Below, piece after piece: positions 36,895-48,800 of a stretch of 64,000 nucleotides of DNA. Both the position numbers and the translations under genes were made by a program. Under the pieces are notes generated by a model, which had not been told where the DNA came from, did not search any database, and saw only the letters and a list, made by a program, of their open reading frames with translations. Within the stretch, counting starts at the first letter, position 1, and each line of letters starts with the position of its first letter. This stretch comes from Tubulanus polymorphus. Its lineage: Eukaryota; Animalia; Nemertea. The stretch spans positions 20,608,560-20,672,559 of the forward strand of contig NC_134027.1 in the NCBI RefSeq assembly GCF_964204645.1, in the 5' to 3' direction.

Positions 36895-37718
36895 CGTTTT
36901 TTAACCGCACCTTTACGGGAAAACGGGAATTTACCGTTTTACTTTTTACAGTGTGGCGTCGCTGGCAGTTGCAAGTCGGTCGTTGGAACGCGGCGATCTT
37001 GATCGCTGGCGGCCGCAGTGAATCGCGTCGCTGTATGGGCGCGTAGGTATTGCTTCAGCAGTGCGCAACAAACATCTAATCGGCGCCAAAACTGTTGTAA
37101 AGACAGAAGATACACGCTAATTAAATAATTAATGAATTAACACGTTACAAACTGACAAGTTAACGAACCAAACAACCATCAATAAGATATGACTGTTGAA
37201 GAATAGACTGCGCTGCCCATCTGTTATCTGAACAGACTCGAACGTATACAGACCCCTTAACTGATCCGTGTGTTCATTTGTACGAGCGACCGAAGGTGAA
37301 TGTGTTACTTAACGTGGAAGATTTGGCGTAGGTGCTAAGGAGCAAACCGAAGTAGCCTGGACACGACGACGTGACGCTTCGATCTGAATAACTGTAAATG
37401 ATAGTGAGTAAAAAAAGTTATTGAAGCTTTCGAAACCCGTTCGAGAAGCCTATCATTGATCCAATACCGTATTGATGTAACAGAGAGCATATCCTGTGGG
37501 CTGCGATGCCACATTTGAGGACCAGGTCCGTAGACAAGAGAATGCAGCGGAAAATGGTCTATTTCAAAATTACAGGATAACTAATTATTTTTCTCATGAA
37601 ATACACTAAAAAAGTACATATGGTCAAAACATGGTAATTACCAGATCCATCATCTTGACAGCTGCAGGTTCAAGAAGACTTCGGCTGTTGCCGACACTTG
37701 CCCTTTACTTAGACCGCC

Positions 37719-38050
37719 CATCTTCACCCGTCAAGGGATTCGAACCCACTACGCTAAAGCTGTTCCCCGAACCCCTTGACCTCACGAGTCGTTGGAGTCG
37801 TTACTAGCCGACCAGAATCCGGTCGACGTACCAATCACAGCGCTTGTAACAAACCGTCAGTAGACTTCTTTTGGTTTTCCCGTTAAATTGACCAATCAGC
37901 GAACGTTTTACCGAACAAGGAAGTATTTTATGCAAATCGATATATGACGTCATGTGCAACAGCGCAGTAATGAAATCACGCTTCGTGAGGCCAGGGGGCT
38001 GGTGGAAGCGAGTTCGGGAGTGATACTCGGACCCCTGGCAAGCGAGGATG
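37719..38050 (+). mobile_element. MITE family B, full length, 9-bp TSD
   Basis: Imperfect TIRs CATCTTCACCCGTCAAGGG / CCCCTGGCAAGCGAGGATG; exact TSD TAGACCGCC at 37710-37718 and 38051-38059. Confidence 0.85.
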
Positions 38051-38751
38051 TAGACCGCCATGAGGATCTAGCGTGTTTCATGAGACTTCCGTAAAATGTT
38101 GTGTCGAAAAGCTATTGTCAAAAAATCGATAAGGTACGGGCTTCGGGGAAACAAAGGCACACATTCTATAAATATTTCCGCGTTAAATATCACCCAATTT
38201 CAGTTTAGCGACGAATTATTTGAGTTATGGTGGTAACATTTCAAAATTGCATGAACTGATAATTTATCATCACTCCCGCCAATAAGGTTATGTTTATCAT
38301 ATTATGCAAGCAAAACTACTGCTGTCTGCTAGTAAAATGAATTTTGATTTTGTTCATTCGGCTTTCGTTTATGATGATTAATGTGAAAATGGTTCCTTTT
38401 AAAGGGCTCTAGAAAACTAAACCGATTTGCCCAGTGGCAATAGTCTGTCAGGATCCACCTCTCAAAAATATACGTTGGTTTTGTAGGTAAAAAGCTCCAA
38501 GGTGAACTTCACGACAAAATCAATATCAATCTTCTCACATGTTGATATATGAAAACTTATAGATTTTACAGTTTTAATTGGGTACCTTGTAAAAACCCTG
38601 CGGTACATAATCCCTTCAACAATATGATCACCGAATTAGCATTAAAATTTATTTTGATTGTGCGAATTTATTGATTTTATTCAATCATTCAATCAAGCGG
38701 TATGTTAGAATTTAACAAACTGGAGTGGTCCGTCATTTGAAAATAACTTAC

Positions 38752-38912
38752 TCGCAAAAGGAATCTTGGTTGTAGGCATCTCATTTCTTCCCAGTTCTGT
38801 AACGTTCCTTGCATTCAATAAAGTTTTCCCGATCTGCGCAACTTTTACTTTGTCTGACTTTTCTTCAAGTTCCGCTTCCAACAGTTTAATCTTCTCTAGT
38901 ATCCTCCATCAT
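38752..38912 (-). pseudogene. Decayed first coding exon of a CC1-box dynein adaptor (Spindly/SPDL1-like)
   Basis: ATGATGGAG is out of frame with LEKIKLLEAELEEKSDKVKVAQIGKTLLNARNVTELGRNEM; ends at a GA|GTAAGT donor. Confidence 0.45.
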
Positions 38913-39809
38913 GTGTGGAGAAAAACATTGTTTTTTTAAATCTCGAAGATAAAGATCCGCCTGCACGCCCAAACGCTCTGCGATCCTGTCTCGGTTTTTG
39001 TTTGATTCATTTTCTTCTCGAAGTTAATATATAATTTAAATACTTTCCCACCTTCGATTCGTCATCGTTTTGACGAGCGAAACGGATTCACTTTTGGCCC
39101 TGATAGAAAAGAAAAATGCGACGAATGATATGGATCCACAAAAACCTAACTTTTTAAAACCGGTATTTTCCGGTGAATCCATGAATCATCCGCACGCACG
39201 AGTTTTTTAAATTGAAAAAACTACAATTTTTTATCTAGAGTATTGTAATATCATATCAATAATCATTTATTGTCAACAAAATGATCAGGCATGTGTCATT
39301 TTTCAAAAACCCCTTAGCCCGGATAGCGTCTATTACCTCCTTGAAGCTGTCAAAATCAAGCGCGCAGTCTACAATTGGAGCATTCCTTGACGCGGCTTCC
39401 TCCCCGAAAGGAAATTATATCTTTTCAACTAGGATACTTAGAACTAGGAATTCAAGCCAAAATGATGTAAATACCGGTTTGCATTGACGATTGATTACAT
39501 AAACAAACTTGGTCATTTCCTAGTATGGTCTAATGTGATTCAACCTTGACGACGTAGCAAAGGAATTTTTTCAATTATCTACTAGTAGTTTATCGTCTTA
39601 AAAAAGAAATCAAAGTAATTTCTGACTGAAGGAGTCGGCCGCGATGATTTTATTTCAGTTATTTTTAGATTTTTTAGTAGATAGGCCTAAAACATAGTTC
39701 CACAGAAGAGGCATTTTCCACGAAGCATATTTTTTCCGAACCGATTGCTAGTTTTTTACTAGGGAGGTAGCTTACAGAAATGAACAGCGAATAGCTAGAG
39801 CTGAATTCG

Positions 39810-39880
39810 GGATTTGACCAATCAGCGCGTTAATTGGTCCGAGTTAATTGGTTGTTTACTATCCTGGATAAAATGGCGTC
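39810..39880 (+). promoter_or_regulatory. HBP1-like promoter
   Basis: GACCAATCAGC, two ATTGG boxes, and YY1 motif AAATGGCG at the start codon, in a CpG-richer patch. Confidence 0.5.
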
Positions 39881-42800
39881 GATCCAAGTGGTAAGTGGGT
39901 GTCTCTACGGCGACATTAAGCCGGCTTTTTAAACGCATCCGTGCGTGGATATCGGCGAAATTTCGCTTGTAGATGCGACTAAATGTCGGGTGATAGAACG
40001 TGAAATTTGGAGCCGATATTCGGCTTAATAGGGAATTTTTCATTGATTACATGATGAAGTGACAATTCGATCGACACGTCACATACAATCGATTTAGCGT
40101 ATGAATAGAGAATAGTACGCGCTCGCTGTCATGTTATTACACGTAATTTCCATTCTTTCATACGTACTAGGCCTAGGCCTAGCATAGATATTTGTAGTCT
40201 TTAAACATGTTTGGTTGTGGGGTAATTAGGCCTAGTCCATGGTCTCTCCTCAGCAAAGTTTTGGGACACAACAAGAAATCTCAGAAAGGTCTATAAATTT
40301 TAGGGTGCCATTGGCATTGTTATTCCAGTGAACTGAAGCACCTACTTCTACCAGAATGTTCACCAAGAACCTTTAGTGTCTGGGTAAACTAGAATGGTAG
40401 AAGAGCAACGTAGATCACTGTGGAGACAACCACAGGACTGGGTGAACCAGAGAATGGGACGGTGTCTGATCTCTAAGTTTAGTACATGAAAAAGTGTTTG
40501 CTTTGCTTTGAGGTAACCCTTGAAGATATTTTTCAACAACTAAAGTGATAGACCTTAAGGCCTTGATGTAGGCCTATCTTCATTAAAATGGACATCACAA
40601 ATTTGAGGAAGTCCCCTCGAGATCCACCCGCAAAAAAATTGGTCTAGCCTATATGAGACCTATTCCTGGCTCAACTGCATTAAATACAAAAATCAGCCGA
40701 CAAGTCTTTGAATTGGATAGAGCGTTAAGAAATAAGATTGACATCGAATGTGTAATTATAGCCTAGGCTTATTTGATTGTACAATTTTGGTATCAGGTCC
40801 TCATTATCAGGACCCTATGAGGGAAGAATAGGTTCAAATCATTCCTGTGAGGGATTCTCATGACGAGGTCAGATTCTAAACCCCTGCCGGGGATAATGTG
40901 GCAGCACCTCATGAAGCCCCTTTGAGGGAGGAATGTGACAGCCACCTGAAGCCACAAAGTTTAAATCTAAGTGAGCTAGTAGGCTACCAGTATGGTATTC
41001 TATAGCCGTGATCACAAGCATCTTTGGCATGTGCTAAAAACTGTTCACATGGGTGCCAAATGGGCAAACGAATATGCCTTATTTGGCTCAACCAAAAACG
41101 TTGGACCAGGCCTGAGCCAAATTTTAGCATGGGACAGATGATTGCAACTTGTTCTGAAAATGATTCTCTTCACTTCGTTTGAGCATTGCTTACTACCAGT
41201 ATCGCATGAGTGGTTTGCATGTAAAGCGCTCTCTAAAATAAGAAACGGGCCAAATTTGGCTCGAGCCTGATCCGTGCCGTATTGTCTCCGTGTGATCGCA
41301 GCTTAGGCCTATGTGAGGCTTTCATAACTGGATAGATAGAGTCACAAACTGCCTTCTTTGTTCTTCGTCAAATGTTTGTGATACTACGTTTTGTTTCATT
41401 GAATTTCCTAGATGCAGTCGCCGAAGCGCCATCAAGTAAAAACCGAACGCATGCAGGAATATTTGAGGGCTCAAGCCGAACAGTCGAGTCCGACAAAACG
41501 TTTACAGTGTCCCGAAGAAGGTTGCAATAAAGTGTTGACGAGTTCGCCCGGTTTGAGGTATCACCTGAAATCTCATTATCAGGATCGACCGTACATGTGT
41601 CTACGCTGTAATAAACGGTTCAAAAGGTAATTTCAAACGGTCGTTTTAGAGTAGGCCTAGCGCCTTGTATGTATGTGTTTCGTTTTGTAAACTGGGTACC
41701 GAGGTTAGCGTTAGGGTTACATAATAGACAGGTGATGATTTTGCCGACGCTGCATTATGATTGTTAATGCTATTTTGCTGATACTCGTTCCGATTGGTTT
41801 ATTTCACACTGCGCATTAGAAAATTCTAGGAGAGGGCAGAGAACAGAGTTTGTGAAAATAGATCAGAAAGAGTCGCGTTCCAATCCTGGGCCAGAATATC
41901 GCTCGTGCAGCATCTTTCCCACAGGACCACCAAACTCGTTGGATTCCACTGTTTTTAAACTGTTTTAACTAGGCCTACATAGTCTATACTACGAGCAATT
42001 ATCTCAACTTGAGATAATTGCTCGTAGGTCTAAAGCACTATGATCCTATAACTCTCATTCTATCCCTAGCCCTAAAACAGATTCTAATCCCTCCCTTAAA
42101 CCTAATAGAATAACTTGAATGTTATTCATTCTAGCTATATCTCAATCAGATGTCAGTAAAATTTGATAGTATTTACAAACAAATGCCACGTCAGCAAAAT
42201 ATCCACTTCAAACATAAAATTCAGGGTGGATTTAAACTTCAGGGTGGATTAAGTGAAAGTTTGATTAACCTAGAAGAATCAGAAGCAGGCATTTTTCAAT
42301 GCGTGAAATTTGCCTCGGCCAATATACAATGAGCAATAGCCTACGTGTCGCACATTTTCATATGTGGCAAACCTGCACAAGTGCCTGTGCACTTGGCGGG
42401 GTTTTCATGGCAAATGACGGGGTTTTCTGTCAGTGCTGAGTCTCACGATGCCATCAAGTTCGAATCCCTGCTGAGTGAGCATATTTGCTAACAGTTTCTA
42501 AAAGTAGTTTGTATTTTTTCATAACAGCGCTAATGGTTTGAAATACCACACCGAACGCACGAAATGCCAGATATTCCACCATGACGATAGGTCATCCTCA
42601 CCGATTTTCATCGACGAATCAACGGACAACAGTTTATCGCCGTGGAAACCGTCTATATCTCCGACGTCGAGCGCTATACGTTGTTTGAACCCGTCGCTCG
42701 AGTGTTTCGAAGGTCCCGATAGTTTGCCAGGTAAGAATGAAAAAGATAAGCACCTTAGCGGTTATTATGTGAACACAGTCAATTGCAGTTTTGTAGCTCA

Positions 42801-45800
42801 TAACGTGTTCTAATGATTGTGGGGAGTTTGAAGATCGTTGGTTTGAATAGCACGAATAACATGGCGTTTCCATACATTTTCGTACCTACATTTATTTTGT
42901 AACCACAATCAACTAGGTACAAAGTTCTCGGCCTATAGTTTATCAATTAGTAATTTTAGTTGCTTAATCCTTGGTGGTAAACTTTTTAGCTCCGCTGTGA
43001 CCGAAGGTCAGCGGAGCTGATGGGTTAGGGTGATTTTATGCGTCGTCTGTCCTACCGTCCGCCCGTCAACTTTTGTTTCAATTTGCTACTAGTGCTACAG
43101 TTCTTTTCTAATCTTGACCAAACTTGGTATGAAGCTAATATGGGCCAAGGACTAAAAAGTTATAGAGCCGTCTTCCCAATTTGATCTCTAGGGGGCGCTG
43201 GACGGGTGGCACTTGTAAAATCTTTAAATCGCTACTTGTCCTACAATTATTGTCCGATGTTGACGAAACATACTATGTAGATACTAAAAAGTTATAGAGC
43301 CGTTTTCCCAATGTGATCTCTAGCGGGTGCTGTACAGGTGGCGTCTGGAAAATCTTTTAATCACTACTCATCCTACAATTATTGTTCGATGTTGATGAAA
43401 CTTGGTGTGAAGCTAATATCGGCCAAGGACTAAAAAGTAAAGAGCCGTCTTCCCAATTTGATCTCTAGGGGGCGCTGGACGGGTGGCACTTGTAAAATCT
43501 TTAAATCGCTACTTGTCCTACAATTATTGTCCGATGTTGACGAAACATACTATGTAGATACTAAAAAGTTATAGAGCCGTTTTCCCAATTTGACCTTTAG
43601 GGGGCGCTGTACAGGCTTGTAAAATCTTTAAATCGCTACTTGTCGCTAAATGCTACAATTATTATCTAATCTTGACAAAATTTGGTATGTCAATATTTTT
43701 GGCCATGGGCTAAATGTTGCTGAGCCATTTTCCCAATCTGATATCTAGTGGGCGTTGTACAGGTCACGCTTGTAAAATCTTTCAATTGCTACTTGTCCTA
43801 CAATCATTATCTGATATTGACAAAGCTTGGTATGTAGATACTATGGGCGAAGGGCTAAAAAGTTATACAGCCATTTTCAGGATTTGAACTCTTGAGAGTG
43901 CTGTGTAACATAAACAGCAGAGCTCTATCAGCCGATAGGCTACTTGTCTTATAATTTGTCCATCCTTATGATTGTGGGTTGTGAAAATATCCGATGCAAA
44001 ATTAAATGACATAACAGGTTACTGACTCAGAAGCTAATATAAAAGAAGCCTACTCTAAATTGCTAAACCACTTCAGAGGCAACTTATTGGTTCTCGGGCT
44101 TCCGTGAGACCCTGTCTGTCTGTCTGAACGTGCACCTTTCAGCTACTAAGCTTTATTAATAGTGTGTTGATTTTGACAAACCTTGGGTAAAATGTTAGTA
44201 TGGGGGTCTAATTGTGCCACCTAGCAGCAGAACTAGGCACAAAACACTGTTTTTCGGCGATATGACCTTGAATATGACCTCATAACTCAGGAAAAGGGTC
44301 GAAATTGAAAAAGTTGTCTTGACAGAATTTAACTAATGGCCTTAGATACAACATTGATCCAAAATGCAATGGGAACTAATGCATGGTAATTTTGGAGTTT
44401 GAGTCTGAGCCTGAGTTGTTGCCTATGGCTTGTTTTCCCATTAATTTCGAATGGGATTTTCAATAATTTTGTAGAAGAAGATTACAATTGTCCAGTAATA
44501 CGTATGCAACACCAGTTACCCGGTCTTTTCCGTCCTCGACTATGCATTCAACAACAGAAAACGGGCTTCCAAGTATCTGCACGAGCCATCGATTCGATAC
44601 CATCGTCGTCATCAGTCGCCGTAAAAGAACTGACAACAAAACCGAAAGAGATTGTCGCCATATCTCCAGATTCTACGAATCCATCATCGTCATTATCATC
44701 TTCACCGCCATTAGGGAATCATTCTTCTTCTCCGTTGGATGCGTTGACGGAATTGGCTATCATCGCTACCGGTCCGCAGAGTCCTCTGATACGCAATAAT
44801 CCGACTCGCAATCTCAAGTAAGTGTCCGTTTGGTGTGTCCCTTCTACCAGTTCCGACGTGCATTTGGTCTTATGTCGCAAGATTTTTCTCTGTCAATCAA
44901 CTTTGATCAGAATTTTTAGACTCCTGAATCCATACACAGGACCCATCAAATTCACTTTTCTACTCAGTAATTGGTAAAGTTTTCACTTATAATTCATTTA
45001 AGAGAAATGTTCATTCAATTTTCACTGAAATGTAGAAGAAATTCTAATCAAAAGACCAAGAACCTACTCGCGAACCTGGCAGATCCTTGCTGCTTGCCGT
45101 AATTGGAATTCTTGACTACTGCAGGAGCGCTAGAGGTTCCCTATCGCTGGCATAGCTTGTGCGACAGGCGATGATCCATTGGTTTCCTTAATAGATAGGG
45201 AAAGTGCTTTGCTCAAAGCACTTCCGCGTTGTTAGACTAGTATCGTGACACAGCCATGTTTTCAAATTGATTTTGAATGGGGAGAATGCTGTGAGAGATG
45301 ACCTTATGTCATTTGATAAACTTTTTGATAATCTTGGGCCATGTATACAAACAACAAATGACTGCGCAACTGGGTTCAGATGTCCCGTACCTCTAAGACT
45401 CCTCGCTGTATTTGCGATTGTTGTATTTGTATTTGATTTCGTTAACAGAGACGAAAGCGATGACTACGTCACCTCATCATCGCCGTGCCCGACCTCGCCT
45501 AAAAACGGAGGCTGGTCTCACCGCTGGCCGACCGCCGTCTGGCAGTGTTTCATGAAAGGAAGTCGCGTCCGATTCACGAGCGGTTCAAATATGGATTGGC
45601 AGTTAGCCGAAGACGTCGGTTTCAAGGAATCGATGTCGAACAGCGCTTCGCAAAATCCAGCACAACTTACGAGGTAAGAGAAATTCAAATGATTTAGCAG
45701 CAATCTACAGAGTACAGTAAACCATTGTCAGTCAGATGTTTTGGACTGGGAAATAATTTACACCTGGTAGGGAAATTGGGAAAAACTTGGACTGGGAGAT

Positions 45801-48800
45801 AATCTACAGATCCTTACTAAAGTCTTGACCCCTTGAAGCAGGTCAATTGTTTCTTGAGTGCATTTTCCCAGGATTTCAATGAATTACCCGAAATTCATGA
45901 TCTTATATGTCACCAATATGCAGCAGTTCATGCTGCCTTTTAGCCAATGAATAGTACATGGAATTTTACGTTCGTTAAGATAGGTTGCTGGTATATATCG
46001 ATAATAAGTTTATACAGAAAAATCATTCTGAAGTAACACTCCTCTTAGACCCTGATGTTAATGTCGTACTCTTGATTGCAACAATAATACTGTTTGATCT
46101 TAAAATAGGGATTGTCCCTGATATTTATTTGGTTGGTAAATCTTGTTTAATAATACTGTTAGATGTAATAAACAGGATCCAACTTGTTACTCCGATTTAT
46201 CTGACTTGACATATTAGTTGACTGAACGTCCATTTCAAAAAGTAATCATGGGGCTGTCTGAATATTGAAATTTGTGTTACATTCATCTAAAACCTGTGTT
46301 TTGATTTCTGATTTCTAAATCAAGCCGGTTTCGTTCCCGGTAGAATGTGGTGTTTATAAGAGATACATATCTGGTTTTACAGTTATCAATTAGAATTTCT
46401 ACGGTTGTCAATTAAAATTTGACTCCAGGGTTGAATAGTTAGCAATAAACTAATTTTGCAACCTAAGTGTCTAATTTAAGTCACGACTCTGAACCAGGGT
46501 CCTCGAGCCTTTTTCATTTTTCCGATAAGTTTTATGAAAATTAAGAACTATGCCTTATTTCATGAACGTTTTAATGCACAGCATTTTCTCTTGACCCGTC
46601 AATTAAATTATATTGAAATTGAATTTAGTTGAACTTTGGGTTATAGTTAATACCAGTGCATAACATTGTTCCAAGGGACCTGCCTTTGTAATTGGCTAGA
46701 AATGTAATTTATTCATGTGAATTTGTTGTATTTTTGTGTTAAGGTATGCGCCGAACGGTTTGCGTATTTTACGCATCGAAGATTGTCAGATGTTTTTGCG
46801 ACTTCGATTCACGACCGATATTCCCACGGCTTCTGAACTGATCGTCGAATGTCGACAAGATCATCCATTTTTCATCAAAGACAAAGGTGAGGAAGAATTT
46901 ACCCAGACAACTGAATTATTCATCGTACTTATGATAACTGTTGGAAGAACACGTTATATCAGTAGACCCAGACCCTGTTTCACAGTTGAGGGTCCAATAT
47001 GACCCTGGATCCAGTTCCACAGTTGTGACCTTAGTTTGCCCCTTGATCCATTTCCACAGTTGACGGTTCAATTTGACTAGTTCTAGTAACAAAGTTGTGT
47101 ACGTTTAATTTGACTCTGGATCCATTTCTATAGTTTTGTGGGTTTAATTTGACTCCAGTTCCAGTTTCACAGTTGCGGGTTTAATTTGCGCCTGGATCCA
47201 GTTCCACTTATGTGGGTTTAATAAATAGTTAAAACTTTAGACTGCGGATCCATTTCCACAAATGTGTGCGTTCAATTGGACCCTGGACCAAATAAATCTG
47301 TACCAAGTGTTGAGGGTTTCATTTGACTATCTGCTGATGATTGATTCAGTTATTTGGGTTTTGAATTCAAATCTACAAGTCGTGAAACAGTCGACTAGGA
47401 TTGTACTAAAATTTCAATCGTGTCTATCCAAGACAGCATTCAAGCCTAAAGCCTTCCGACGAAGTTCAGATCACTCCAGGCATTCAAAGCGTTAACTTGT
47501 TAGTTTAGGAGCCATTATATTACCGAAGTCCTGGACATCATCCTTGGTTGGTTTTTGGATGTTAGTTATGATCGAGTATTTTGTGTTTTTAGGATGGGCG
47601 TCGTTCCAGCCATCTGCCACTGCTGAGAATTATGGGATACCGTGTAATGAATTGGAGAAGAATGATATATGTTTGCCGCCGTCTCATCCCGAGGCGACTT
47701 TCACTCTCGATGTTTTCCAAACGTTAAAAAGGTGAATATAAATTCAGTCGTAGCCGCTTAATCCAGATCGGTTAGATCTAATGGAATCGATTCAGTTTTT
47801 AAGAAATCTGAGTCACGTTTTATATATATTGATAGTTTTGACTGATGATAATTTCCTGAATCCGAATTAAACTGATAAACAGGTTTAGAATCTGGATCAA
47901 GTTACACTGTTAGGAGTTGATTTGACTCCATAAACTCGGTTCCACAGTTTTGTGTTTGAAATGACTAATAATCCTGTTCCACAGTTGTAAGGGTTTAACT
48001 TAATTGTGGATCCAGTTTCAACTGATGCGGATTATTAGGTTTAACCCTAGCTGTATGCCTGTTAAAAAAGCTGGGATGGAATTTTTCAAAAATTTTCAAA
48101 TTACATCCAGCAATTTAGGGTACTGAAATGGTTAACCGAAGACGTCGGCCTATGTCGATAACTTCTGTATGACCCTGTATTCTCAAACCAACCTTTGGAT
48201 TTAAGACCTGATGAATGACTTACTTGTGGTTAAATGAATTGTTTGTTCGCTGTTTTTTAGTTATGATCTGTCACCTCAGGATTCATCTGCAGTTTTGACT
48301 CTGAGTTGCATGGCTAAGGTGAGTTGTTGTGTGTTGTGTGAAAATCTTTCTAAACTACTGGGCCTAGTTGATAAGTGGTTAGTTACCGGTATGTTTGAAA
48401 ATTTGGCAAGGCAATGTTTAACCAATATTGGCATACCACCAGATGCCACCATTAACATGTCAGTTTTATGTTATTTTCAATCAACTTTGAGTTGCAATCT
48501 TAGGCCTCCTGAATCCATTCCATGTCAGGGTCCGTACGACTCCTTGATTCCTTGAAAACACCTCAACCAAAAATGTTTTTCAAGGTCCTTGAGTATCCTT
48601 GAATTTGAGCAAAATGCTCCAAAGTCCTTGAAAACTTGAATTGTGAGAAATTAGCAATTACATTATTGAATATCCAGTAGGCTTTGCTTGGCAAATCTGA
48701 TGGATCTAACGCAGAATCCGCGATAGCCTCAATGTTGGTTTTTTTTTTAACACCCTCAACCCACTAAGCGCCACGCAGGGCATTATAAGCGGGTTCGATG

